NCBI GenBank assembly: GCA_963663405.2
Contig: CAXXSM010000057.1
Coordinates: 1-64,000 of the forward strand
Reading direction: 5' to 3'
Source of the DNA: a bacterium
Lineage (GTDB): Bacteria; Hinthialibacterota; Hinthialibacteria; Hinthialibacterales; Hinthialibacteraceae
DNA: 64,000 bases
Below are positions 1-10,890 of this stretch, piece by piece. Each line of letters starts with the position of its first letter. Within the stretch, counting starts at the first letter, position 1. The notes below the pieces were generated by a model. The model worked only from the letters and a program-made list of their open reading frames with translations. It was not told the DNA's origin and made no database searches. The position numbers were made by a program, and so were the translations under genes.

Positions 1-1383
1 CAACGCGCGCGGCCGGATGTTCCATTGATCGCGGTCATCAGCAGGGACGGTCAGTGGATCGCTGCGACAGCCGCGGAACACTCAACCTCGATATGCAACA
101 ACGCCAACGCGTCTCATCGCTGTATTCATTCGCAGGGGAACATACCTTTGATCGTAGAAGGTCCCACTACGTTGCGAACGCGGATTTATCTTTTTGCTGG
201 TGGATTGGACCAATTAAAAGAACGATACGAAAACGATGTGCAGGCGTGGCGTTCCTCCCCAGCGGTTCCGATTGGAGCCAACCAAGAATACATCCGGTAT
301 GGAATGGCGGATAAACTTCCCCGTTTTCGTGAAAGCAGAATCAATGAGATGGATTTCCCGCTTAGGTATGTTCCCAATGGCTCTCTTCCATTTGAGAAAT
401 GGCGCGAACGAGCCAGAGAGAAATATCTGGAGAGCTTATTGATCCCTCCACCCAAAGCGCCTTTTGAGCCCACTGTCGTCGCCATAGAAGATCGAGGATC
501 TTACGAGGCCAGAAAGATTATATTCAATCTATCCTCATACAGCCGCGTCCTGGCATATCTTCTAATCCCGAAAGGAGAGGGCCCTTTCCCTGCAATCATC
601 GCTTTGCATGATCATGGCGCTCATTTTTCGATTGGAAAAGAGAAGGTGATTCGTCCGTTCGCCGAATCCCAGGAACGGATGGAAGACGCAAAGAAATGGA
701 TTGACCAGTGTTATGGCGGGCGATTCTTTGGGGATGAACTCGCGAAGCGGGGGTATGTGGTTTTTGCTATGGACGCTTTGTTTTGGGGAGACCGAGGCAG
801 GCTGGAAGGTGTTGAGTATGAGGCGCAGCAGGCGATGGCGGCCAATATGCTTCAATTGGGCATGTCGTGGGCTGGGACGATCGTTTGGGACGATATCCGA
901 AGCGCGGAGTTTGTCGCTGGACTGCCGGAGGTGGATCCGGATCGGATCGGAGCGATGGGGCTTTCTATGGGAAGCAACCGGACCTGGCATCTGACCGCCG
1001 CTACGGATCTCGTTACAATCGGCGCTGCGATCTGTTGGATGGGAACCACTCCAGTTCTGATGGAACCGGGCAACAATCAGACGAAAGGATTTTCTGCCTT
1101 TTCCATGACCCATCCGGGATTGCGAAACACGCTGGACTATCCGGATGTGGCCTCTATCGCCTGTCCCAAACCGATGCTCTTTTATAATGGCGCTCAGGAT
1201 AGATTATTTCCCTTATCTGGTGTCCGAGAGGCGTACAGCAAAATGCGCTCTGTTTGGAAAGCGCAAAATATGGATCATAAACTCGAAACGAAGATCTGGC
1301 CCGTCCCTCATGTATTTAATGTAGAGATGCAGAACGAAGCTTTCCGTTGGCTTGATCAATATTTAAATCCAAAAGAAAAGTAA
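1..1383 (+). CDS. Alpha/beta hydrolase (Abhydrolase_7 / dienelactone hydrolase-like) with an extra N-terminal domain; 5'-truncated by window edge
   Basis: Frame is open from base 1. Contains PAIIALHDHG, nucleophile elbow GLSMG, NGAQD (Asp) and PHVF (His). Confidence 0.85.
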   Translation, partial: QRARPDVPLIAVISRDGQWIAATAAEHSTSICNNANASHRCIHSQGNIPLIVEGPTTLRTRIYLFAGGLDQLKERYENDVQAWRSSPAVPIGANQEYIRYGMADKLPRFRESRINEMDFPLRYVPNGSLPFEKWRERAREKYLESLLIPPPKAPFEPTVVAIEDRGSYEARKIIFNLSSYSRVLAYLLIPKGEGPFPAIIALHDHGAHFSIGKEKVIRPFAESQERMEDAKKWIDQCYGGRFFGDELAKRGYVVFAMDALFWGDRGRLEGVEYEAQQAMAANMLQLGMSWAGTIVWDDIRSAEFVAGLPEVDPDRIGAMGLSMGSNRTWHLTAATDLVTIGAAICWMGTTPVLMEPGNNQTKGFSAFSMTHPGLRNTLDYPDVASIACPKPMLFYNGAQDRLFPLSGVREAYSKMRSVWKAQNMDHKLETKIWPVPHVFNVEMQNEAFRWLDQYLNPKEK

Positions 1384-1590
1384 TTTTGTTTTCTCATGTA
1401 TCCAAAAAGACACCTTGTTCTTGTAGTTTTCGAATTAATTCTTTCTTTTGCTTGGGATCTTTTATTCAGAAATGGTATCTGTAATCCTTTCGACTTTGTT
1501 TCTGCCAGAGGAAATCAAACGGCTGGCTGTTTCCGGATCGGGATAGCGGATAAGAATTACTGAATTCGTCTCGATTTCGAAGTTGTAAAT

Positions 1591-2023
1591 TTGCAAGACA
1601 TGATCGGAGAAAACCGAGTCACTTTTGAATTGTCTGATGACGGTATTCCTCCCAAGAAACGAGTGGTGGACTTTGTGTTTCTTGTCAATCCGATTCGAGA
1701 CGAAATTTTAGTTACGAAAGGTGTCAAGGGAATTCAGAAGGTGGATATATTCCACTACAAAGATCTAGATCGGCTTGGATGGTTAAGTTATTATGAATTA
1801 ATATCGGAATTCCTCCAGCGGCGCGTTGGTTGATGTAAACGGCTATGAAGTCACAGCCATAAAACCAGCCCCCGTTCCATTATACAAAATCATAACAATC
1901 CATTTCGATGGAGAGCGGGTAGACGAATTTACACACCTTTATGATTCCGAAGAAAGATTGTTCCCATTCGACTCGTATATCGGGGATATTTACGTGGCCG
2001 TGATGGATTTACATGGGTTGTGA
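1591..2023 (+). CDS. Two small overlapping hypothetical ORFs (80 and 65 aa), possibly a gene remnant
   Basis: ORFs 1591-1833 and 1826-2023 overlap by 8 nt and have protein-like composition. No recognisable motif; both use TTG starts. Confidence 0.3.
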
Positions 2024-2157
2024 TTTATACATGATGTAGTGGTAAAAGGCCCTGCAAAACGATTCCCTTTCCAAACCTTCCCCCTTTTTGAAACCACCGA
2101 TACTCTCTATGAACACGCAATGGCGCTTGCGGATTCATTCTACAGTTAGGATTGATT

Positions 2158-4108
2158 ATGTGCGGGATTTGCGGGATTTTATATTTGGACCGGGAGCGGG
2201 CGGTTGATCCGTCTTTGTTGAAACGGATGACGGATGTGATTCAACATCGCGGGCCGGATGATGAAGGGCGTTTCATCAATAGTTCTGTAGGTCTTGGTTC
2301 CCGGCGTCTGTCTATCATAGGGCTTTCAGACGGTCACATGCCCCATGTCCACTGATGACGAATCCCTCTGGATCGCCTATAACGGCGAACTCTACAACCA
2401 TCCCGAAATCAAAGATCGCCTTTCCGCCAAAGGGCATCAATATCGCACCCATTCAGACACCGAAAGTTTTCTCTATCTCTACCGCGAATACGGACTTGAT
2501 TTCCTGCGGCATACGCGGGGAATGTTCGCCCTGGCGCTATGGGACCGGGAAAACCGGCGCCTGATTCTCGCCCGTGACCGGATCGGGATTAAACCGCTCT
2601 ACTATCATTTTGATGGAAAAGCGCTGCGATTCGGCTCCGAACTGAAATCCATCCTCTGCGATCAAGAAGTTCCCCGCACAATCGATTACGAAGCGCTGAA
2701 CCTCTATCTCGCCTACCTCGCCACTCCCGCCCCCTACACCATGTTCAGTGGAATCAAACAACTGCGCCCGGGCGAAATGCTCATCTGTGAAAACGGGACC
2801 ATAAAGATAGAATCCTTCTGGAATCCGGAAGAGTCGATCCAACCCACCTCGATCAAAGATGCGGATTTGATGAAAGACGAATTGGCCCAGCGATTGAGAA
2901 CCGTGGTGCAAGAACACCTTCTCTCAGACGTTCCATTGGGAGCGTTTCTATCGGGCGGTATCGATTCAAGTGTTCTCGTGGCATTGATGAGCGAACAAAT
3001 CGGTCCGGATTTCAAGACCTTTTCGATCGGTTTCAAAGATCATCCCTTGTTTGACGAAACGCCCCACGCCCGCGTCATTGCGAAACGATTCGGGACCGAT
3101 CACCACGAGCGTCTTCTCAATGCGAACGATCTTCTCGACGCGATCGAAGACATTACTTGGCAATTGGACGAACCACTAGCGGATTCGTCCTGCCTGCCGG
3201 TCTACTTTGTCTCCCAACTCGCGGCGGAGCATGGAAAGGTTGTTCTCTCCGGCGACGGCGCCGATGAAATCTTCGCAGGATACCGTAAATACCAGGGTGA
3301 ATACTTCCGCCGCTATGTCAACTGGTTTCCCGATTCCTTGCTCCGGTCAACCGCTCATCTGGTTGAAAATCGAATCCCAGAAAGCCGCAGCGGCCCTTGG
3401 ATGGACCGCCTGCGTCAGGTCAAGAAATTTTTCCGGGGAATAGATCCCGATCCATTCAACCGTCATCTAGGCTGGGCGATCTTATTCGAAGATAAAGAAA
3501 GATCCGGGCTGCTACGGGATGAAGTCCGCGAATCGATCGATTTTGGATTGACAAGGGATTATCGAAAGCGGCTATACGATGAACTGCCGCAGCTGGATGA
3601 GTTAACAAGAATGTTATGGGTGGATCTCCGGCATGGCCTTCCGGCGGATATGCTGATGAAGGTCGATCGCATGTCGATGCTTCATTCACTTGAAGTCCGC
3701 GTTCCATTTCTCGATCACACGTTGATTGAATATGCGTTCTCTCTGCCAAGTTTCGTAAAACTGCATGGCAAAACTACGAAATGGATTTTGAAAGAAACAT
3801 TCAAAGACTTGCTCCCGATAGAAATCTTAAAGCGTAGAAAACATGGTTTTGATGTTCCCGTCGGAGAATGGTTCCGGAAGGAATTGAGAGAAGAAATCGA
3901 AGATGTCTGTTCGGAGTCTAATACGAACCGCCGGGGGCTTTTCGACCCCCGGCAGGTTCACCGAGTGATGAAACATCATCTAGAAGGGAAGAGAGACTAC
4001 AACAACCAACTTTGGATACTCTTCAGCTTAGAACTCTGGCAGCGTAATTATCTGGATCGGCCTCCGGGTTCGATTCCATCCCGGCCCTCATCAACGGGAT
4101 CGCTTTGA
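2158..4108 (+). CDS. asnB: Asparagine synthase (glutamine-hydrolysing), split by an apparent +1 frameshift at 2341-2344
   Basis: N-terminal MCGI, HRGPD, RLSII; then NGELYN, ARDRIGIKPLY, LSGGIDSS, SGDGADEIFAGY, SLEVRVPFLD. CCCC instead of CCC joins HMP to MST. Confidence 0.93.
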
Positions 4109-5018
4109 TAATCCCCAACCGGGTTAGATTCCCGCCTTTCGAATGTTTTTCTTCTTCCGTTGTATAGAGTACTTTTGCGCGAATCCGGTCTTTCGGCCGA
4201 AGGGTGTTTTGATTAAAGATTTCTTTGTTCACTCCCCGCCGCTTAAACCATAAAAATCCATCATAACTGTGATGCCGGAATGTAAAGCTGTTTCCTGTAT
4301 AGGAAAGGCTGACCAACTCAACTTCAATCACATCACCGGGAGATACACGTGGTTCGACATAGATAATCGGCTCGGATGAGTCTCCGGCGGTTAAAGCGAA
4401 TCCTGGGATATTTGTAATTTTAAGTTTTAAGTGATCGCCGATCTGCGCGTTCGCCACTTGTTTGATAAAACACCGGCAGCGCCGGGCTAGCGTGTCACGA
4501 ATATAGAAACCAGGATTCCCTTTTAATAAATCCTGTCCGCTGGAACTGGATCGCCGTTTATCGACAAGAAACGAAACGGTTGCGTTCAAAAACGTATTAA
4601 TTGTTACATCGTCTGGATCCAAGTACTCCATATTATTGTTGGCAAGGATATCATTCACTTCGTCACAAATCGAATGGGTTGGACATTTATCCGCGGGATG
4701 ATCGTGATGAAGAAGAATTTCATGAGCGATATCGTGTACGATCTTATGCTCACCGAAATCATTAGCGTTCCGCAATCGTTCGATCCACTGATTTTCTTTT
4801 TGCCTGCTCCAATCGTCCTCCACCTGGACTTGTGAGACTAGATATTTGAAATTCTCCGGACTGAGAATGGCTTCAAAACAGTCTTGATACCGGTTGAAAT
4901 TCTTTTGCGCCAGCAGAATAGAGCCTGCTTCACTCTGTTCTAACACTCGTTCGACATAGAAGAGAGCAATCTGGTGTTCCCGTTCGGGAGTATGTACATT
5001 TTCGAGTATTTTCGCCAC
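4023..5018 (-). CDS. Hypothetical protein, helical N-terminus plus probable TRAM/S1-like OB folds
   Basis: 331-aa ORF with RBS-like GGGAG upstream of a GTG. Segments AQIGDHLKLKITNI, SPGDVIEVELVSL and LRPKDRIRAKVLY resemble OB-fold strands. Confidence 0.65.
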   Translation of the reverse strand: MAKILENVHTPEREHQIALFYVERVLEQSEAGSILLAQKNFNRYQDCFEAILSPENFKYLVSQVQVEDDWSRQKENQWIERLRNANDFGEHKIVHDIAHEILLHHDHPADKCPTHSICDEVNDILANNNMEYLDPDDVTINTFLNATVSFLVDKRRSSSSGQDLLKGNPGFYIRDTLARRCRCFIKQVANAQIGDHLKLKITNIPGFALTAGDSSEPIIYVEPRVSPGDVIEVELVSLSYTGNSFTFRHHSYDGFLWFKRRGVNKEIFNQNTLRPKDRIRAKVLYTTEEEKHSKGGNLTRLGIIKAIPLMRAGMESNPEADPDNYAARVLS

Positions 5019-5425
5019 GGATTTCGACTCCCATCTTTCGATTTCCCCTTCAACTAGAGAGTGTATCGGACTCTTGGATGACTGTAAAAAAGGTTTTGTA
5101 AAAACTTGTCAATAGAACGGATTTTTTGAGAAAATAAACCGTTTTTTAACGATTTTTTTCGAAACAATCTCTGGGCACATTTTTGAATACAATCGAATTT
5201 ATATGAAAAATGACTTTCTTCGGTTTTCTCGTTCGTGATTTCTATCTCAACTCATTTTCATTTACAGGTTGAGATCTCAAGTCATGATGGTTCATGTAAA
5301 TATTCGAAAGAATGATAGAATTGACACTCTTCCTTTGCATTCCTTATCCATCGTTACCGAGACGCTGACAGATTCCATTCTGTTTTTCATTTTTTAACAT
5401 TTTTACTAAATTAACAGTAAAATAT

Positions 5426-5500
5426 TTGACATAAAAAAGAAAAATACTTGCGCAATGAAAGTTTTCTCTGTTTAATTACCTACGAAAAAAGAGGTATAAT
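5426..5500 (+). promoter_or_regulatory. Candidate sigma70 promoter(s) for the 5616 gene
   Basis: TTGCGC(5448-5453)-N17-TTTAAT(5471-5476), plus a perfect TATAAT at 5495-5500 and a TTGACA at 5426, in an AT-rich divergent intergenic region. Confidence 0.4.
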
Positions 5501-5615
5501 GTAAAGATAACAGCAACAGTACTGTCTCTAGTAAGGATGTTTTTTTGAATCAACCCGTGTATTCTTAAAAATCAATCCATTGACAGAGACGGCTGAATGG
5601 AATCCCTCATGATGA

Positions 5616-7110
5616 ATGAAGCTGAGTTTAACACGGAAGAACTCGCGGCTTATCTCGAACAATCAATGGATATTGATGATCTCCAGGAAGATTGAAAACG
5701 AGATTAATAAGCAAAGCGGTAGTAAAGGGGAGGCGCAAGGCGGAACAAAAACCGAGATTATTAACCGCATCATGAAAAAACTCGACCGGGGTGAATATGT
5801 TCAAGAGGTCATGAGGGATGTGGTTTTTTGGCGCGGGTTAAAGATTCCTGGAATGAATTTGTACAAAAAGATGAGCCGGCGCTCGAAGGCGCGGAGATTA
5901 TTAAAGCAAAGAAAAAAGAAACTGTATGAACTTTTAGACAACATGGACCAGCACGTCGAGGGTAAGAATATGCAAGACGTCACCTCGATGTTCACATCCC
6001 TGTTGGATATTCAAAACCAGTTATGTCTCCAAAAAACGGATGGAATTATCACCGTCCCGTGTCCGGCTTTATCACTTTTTCACCCCCCCTGGATTCAAGG
6101 GCTCGATCCGACCCGAATTGAAACAGGAAATCAGCCTGATTTTCACGCCGGAAGAGATCAATGCGATGCGGGCGAAATTAATGGACATGAAAATGACGGA
6201 TCCTCTTCGTCCTTTTTTTACTTCAATCCTCGATCAGGCTTATGATATGGGCGCAGTATAATGAGATGACCGGTCATCTCCTCCTCGAAATATCCCGGTA
6301 TTTTCTGAATAAATTAAAAGACAGCGGTTACGAGCAATCCTCAAAATACGTCGAATTCAAGGGACGGCACGAGCGGTCTAAATTTTCACTGATGAAAGCG
6401 ATCGATGAATTACGGGAGATGGAACAAACCATCGATAACCATATCCGCAAACGACCCGTTTTAGTGGAACTCCCCAAATTTTTACGGGAACTCATCCATA
6501 TAAAATTAGGAATCATCCCTGCGACGAAAACGCCGCAGGTTGTGAAGAACATTCAATCCTGTGTGGGAGAATACACACGGGCGCGCAGCGCAGTGGGCGT
6601 TTGATTTTAACCGTCTTCCTTCCTACCATCACGGAGTGCAGCTGCGTCAAAGTGTGATACTCAACCTGCATAAAGACGTGTTGAAATATACAGGAGAGAT
6701 GTTTGAAAATGAATTTAATTCCGTTCGAAGCGAACTCGCAAGATTAACAGAGGAAATCAAAGCCAACTCGGAAACGCTCAAAGAAGGAACCCCTGAATAC
6801 GAAGAGATGATGAAGAGAAAAGGGGAGATCCAGAAACGAATTGAGAATCACCGCCGTAGACTCGACGTTGTAAAAACGCAGGAGAATCTTGTTGAAGTCC
6901 AACATACGATGATCCGGCAAGCGAATCAACGGTATCAGAAGAACGAAACCAACGCGAAAACGAATCGAAGAAGAACTCAACGCTCATGCGACAGTCGATA
7001 TGGAAAAAGTCCGGAAAGTGATTTTGGAACCGGAGAAAAAGAAAGGAAGCAGCCGCATGGTCATGGGGCGCCAAACGGCGATAGCGCGTCATACCGCAAC
7101 CAAAGAATGA
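5616..7110 (+). CDS. Hypothetical helical/coiled-coil protein (~500 aa) broken into several frames
   Basis: Consecutive overlapping ORFs 5616-6245, 6040-6261, 6242-6604 and 6561-7271 each carry protein-like segments. The likely true stop is TGA 7108-7110, which abuts the NUDIX stop. Confidence 0.6.
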
Positions 7111-7581
7111 TCAGGGGAGAAGAAATTTTCCGTTATATCGGTCGAAATCCGCCAGCGTCAATTTATGAATCGGCACTAGATCTTCTGGGACTTGGGAGCG
7201 GGAAAAAAAGCGTAATTCGGAACCTTCCACACCATCCGGCCGGGGTACACCGCTCCATTCACGAACAATGAAAGCGACCGAGAATGGCTGCACTTGATCT
7301 CCATTTGGATATGTGAATTGCTGCTTTGCGCCGGAGTACAACGCCATTGGTTCAGCATGATGAATATCTAGCGTGGTTTCCTCTTTGACTTCACGCTGGA
7401 TCGCTTCCAACGCCGTTTCTCCCAGTTCCACCCCCCCGGCAATAATTCCCCACAGATTCATATCCGTCCGTTTTTGAAGAAGGATTTCTTCTTTTTCATT
7501 TAGAATAATGGCTCGGACACCGGGCAAAAAAATCCGCCGTGTACCAACAAATTTTCTCATCATTTGTATATAATTAGCCAT
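7111..7581 (-). CDS. NUDIX hydrolase
   Basis: Nudix box GGVELGETALEAIQREVKEET and YPNGD motif. Confidence 0.93.
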   Translation of the reverse strand: MANYIQMMRKFVGTRRIFLPGVRAIILNEKEEILLQKRTDMNLWGIIAGGVELGETALEAIQREVKEETTLDIHHAEPMALYSGAKQQFTYPNGDQVQPFSVAFIVREWSGVPRPDGVEGSELRFFSRSQVPEDLVPIHKLTLADFDRYNGKFLLP

Positions 7582-7708
7582 TGTTTAGCCTATTCGGTGG
7601 AAGACTGAAGGCGGAAGGTTTTTGGCCTTCGGCCAATGAAAGTACGGAAGGTGAGACGGGAGGTAGTTTACTCTACTTAGCGGATTCGATAAAGGTACAA
7701 GGATATTT

Positions 7709-8532
7709 TTAATACAAGGTCCATTCGGTGACGGCGGTTGGTTCGACGGTTTCCACTTTGACATAGGCGACATTGGCCAGACCCGACCATGTGCCGATCC
7801 GTACTCCGCCAATCGAGAGTTTTTCTTCTGCCGGGGTGTCGGGATCGGGTTCTTCCGGTTCGACGGGAATATGTTCCGCCTCCAGCTGCCAATCCGGTTC
7901 ATCCTCTCCGTATTCCCAGACTTTTGCGCGTACCGTCACATCGCCCACCGCTTCGATGATCATCCAATACCAGACGTTTCTCACCGGCCTGGGCACTTCA
8001 TCCCGTGTAGTTGTGTCGCAGAACTACAGTTCCCGACGGAAGCCGGGCGAAGAGGTGAAACGAAGTCGGCCCCTCATCCGGAACCACATCGGCGGCGTTA
8101 TTGTCATCCCCATCGTATTCCACTTCATAACAATACTCTGGGACTTCCAACAGATCGGGATCGTAATTCATACAGCGGATACCGACATGGAAATCTCCAT
8201 CGTTATCGGCTCCCTCTACCAGCCGGTCCACGAACAGCACTGTCACGCGATAATCCCCCAGTCCATACGTCTCTTCACGCAACAGGCCGATGTGAGTGGT
8301 CCCTCCCGAATCGCCCCCCAGAACCAAGACACCGGGGGCCATATTCTGGAACGTCATCCGCCTCTTCGACCCAGATTAGATCCGCCGCGACTTCCCACTG
8401 CCAATTCACCGGATCCATTCCATCCACATTCGCGCCCATAAAATCATCTTCAAACACCAATTCACCATACGTCATGGAACTCGCGCCGAGAAAAACAGCT
8501 AACGGCAAAATACTTAATAACAGTCTTTTCAT
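7709..8532 (-). CDS. Secreted acidic protein (probable beta-sandwich/ConA-like) with C-terminal TAVTEWTLY motif; two apparent frameshifts
   Basis: Signal peptide MKRLLLSILPLAVFLGASS followed by FEDDF. Three overlapping ORFs (8275-8532, 7998-8357, 7709-7996) read as one continuous protein. Confidence 0.75.
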
Positions 8533-8712
8533 CGGTTTTTTCTCCTTTTCCCAATCAAAATCTCACATGAAATCAATCGATTATTCCATACGATTCTTGA
8601 ATAATCAATGGTGGAATTCATCAAATTTTTTATGTGAGAAAAGGATTGAAAAGCGTGAGGTAATAATCCATTCAACTAACGCGGTTTGATCTCTTTGGAG
8701 TGAAATTGTTTT

Positions 8713-9649
8713 TCAAAGAAGGATGGAATAAATACAATCGACCAGGCAACAACGAATAGGACACCGGGGATGGATAAGTATATGAAACCCCATCCCTTCG
8801 GGAAATGACCGGATTGAGAGTATTCGATCAAAAAAAAAGAGAATAATACCTCCGATTGTCATGGCTCCGCCGATCTCTTCCCTGCGCCAACCGATTAAAT
8901 AACCGGAAAGGGTAATTATCATCACTAAAGACTGCGCGGAGGGAATCGTACCCCCAATTAAAAAAACGCAATCCCCCTTCTCCTATAAAAATTGCGGCGA
9001 GTAATAAAAAAATAGCAAGTCCTAAAATCCGGGCGGACCAGATGAGAAGGATAACCAGATATTTGATCCAATGATTGCGTAAACTGTAAGATAAACGTGG
9101 GATCAGCAAATATTGGAGGAGTGATTTGAGTTGGAACAGGTCGCGAGCTTCCCGCGCGCGTTTGATAAGAACGTAAATCGCAATAACAATACCACCGATG
9201 AAACCTGTGATATACGCGGCGGAATGCGCCCATAGATCTGTCAGAAAAGCCGTGTGTTTGTCCAGTGGAACACGGGACGCCATTGGATTAAAGAGATATA
9301 TGTATCCATTCTCCGCTAGAGAACGCCCCACCCAACCAGCGAGGATCGAAACAACGCCTGTGATGAATGGCAGAATAATAATCGGACGAATCAATGACCG
9401 AACCGGGAGTTTGGGCCAAGGCCCATACCGCGCTGCAAGCGATAGGATGACACCCAGAATCAATCCCACCCACCATGTCGCGACAATCCCCCAGCCAAGC
9501 GCGATCAATGAGGGTGACTCGGTTGGAAAGATCCGTGGATGGCCGATGGTGAAATATTCCAGACAGATTCGGACTGTGAGCTGATCGTGGATGATTCCAT
9601 ACATCACAGCGGAGAGTATACAAAAGGAGATGATTATAAATGGTTTCAT
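8713..9649 (-). CDS. Multi-pass membrane protein, 3' part frameshifted
   Basis: Several hydrophobic helices and motif YGIIHDQLT..ICLEYFTIGH. The C-terminal helices continue in ORF 8713-8925 across poly-A runs. Confidence 0.7.
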
Positions 9650-9841
9650 GGTAAACTGTTTACATATAAAATATTTACATATAGTTTCTCCGATTTGGTC
9701 TGGATTGCAAAGAGGTATGGGAATATATAATTGTTATGGATGCTACTTTGGGGATAAAAAAAACACCGTATCAATTCATCTTTAGTAATGAAACAATTTT
9801 CATCCATCAGCGCCGGTGGCTTGAAAATATAGGGTAACTGG

Positions 9842-10768
9842 TTAATGAAATCTCCAGTTTTGAACCGCCGTAGTTTGAGAAAAAACGATCCTGAATCCGA
9901 GATAGGCGTTTGTCAGCGTGGGCGTATTGGCGTCACGGTACGCCGAGCGGCATCTCCATGACATATCCCATACGCTGCCACCGCGTGTTACGCGGCTGAT
10001 ATGGGGATGATTCTCGCCTGTTGGATCTTCAACGGGGACGGATGGATAGTACCGGTAGTACCAATCGTGACACCACTCCTCCACGTTTCCATGCATGTCA
10101 TACAATCCCCAAGAATTCGGAAGCAGTAAACCCACGCTCTCGGCGCCGTCGGGTGGATTGTCACTCCCACAATACCACATATGCTGATTGTGTGAATCGC
10201 AGGTCGTATAGCACAAACCATCTTCCGTGCAGTCCAGCACGTCTCCATGCGCAAAGCGCGTCGTTGTGCCCGCACGGCAGGCGTATTCCCACTCCGCCTC
10301 TGTGGGCAGCCGGAAACCGTCCGCGTCCAGATTCACGGTCCAATCTGATTCATCATAGGCGGATGTCCGATTCATTTCCGCGCTCAACCGGTTGCAATAT
10401 GCGGCGCAATCCAACCAGCTAACTGAGTTTACCGGATGATTGGGGACGTGTTCAAAATGGGAAGGATTGTTACCCATCACGGCCTCCCATTGCGCTTGTG
10501 TCACTTCGTATTTCCCCATATAAAAATCTCTTGTGATTGTGACCTGACATTGAGGTCCTTCATTGTCTTCTCTCTTCTGTTCTGTTGGAGGAGAGCCGAT
10601 CATAAATGTCCCGCCCCGTATTAAGACCATATTCAGTGGGACGGCTCTGGGAAGGATGAATTCAATTTCCCCATTTGTGGCTTTGGAATTGTCTCCAAGG
10701 GTGACGATGTTCTGCGCCATGCAGGGTGAAACGAAGAGTAACATGGAGATGATGAAAGTGTTATTCAT
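9842..10768 (-). CDS. Secreted FGE-sulfatase (SUMF1-like) domain protein with C-terminal TAVQNWRFH motif
   Basis: GGAGG RBS and signal peptide; motifs FMIGS, YEVTQAQW, FRLPTEAEWEYACRAG, NSWGLYDMHGNVEEW, RGGS, GFR. Confidence 0.92.
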   Translation of the reverse strand: MNNTFIISMLLFVSPCMAQNIVTLGDNSKATNGEIEFILPRAVPLNMVLIRGGTFMIGSPPTEQKREDNEGPQCQVTITRDFYMGKYEVTQAQWEAVMGNNPSHFEHVPNHPVNSVSWLDCAAYCNRLSAEMNRTSAYDESDWTVNLDADGFRLPTEAEWEYACRAGTTTRFAHGDVLDCTEDGLCYTTCDSHNQHMWYCGSDNPPDGAESVGLLLPNSWGLYDMHGNVEEWCHDWYYRYYPSVPVEDPTGENHPHISRVTRGGSVWDMSWRCRSAYRDANTPTLTNAYLGFRIVFSQTTAVQNWRFH

Positions 10769-10890
10769 GGCAACCTCCATTCGATTTGATGTCCTTATTT
10801 TAAACGGAATTTTTACAGGGGGGGATAGGATTTATTAGGATTTCATTGGAATAAGAGTATCGGCTAGATATCAAAAAAGATTCGTTATTG

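Noticed and set aside
7709-7738. W motif as a BAM beta-signal
   Set aside because: The carriers are soluble enzyme or propeller folds, not beta-barrels, and two have an extra polar residue at the end.
7773-8689. Long plus-strand ORFs of 222 and 272 aa, and similar antisense ORFs at 21175-22041, 53864-54544 and 58266-58823
   Set aside because: These are shadow ORFs opposite well-supported genes, with biased composition and no motifs.
9842-10768. FGE-domain protein as the sulfatase-maturing enzyme or as a DGR target
   Set aside because: It lacks the two-cysteine catalytic motif (has RGGSVWDMSWRCRSAYR) and is secreted. No reverse transcriptase or template repeat was seen in the window.
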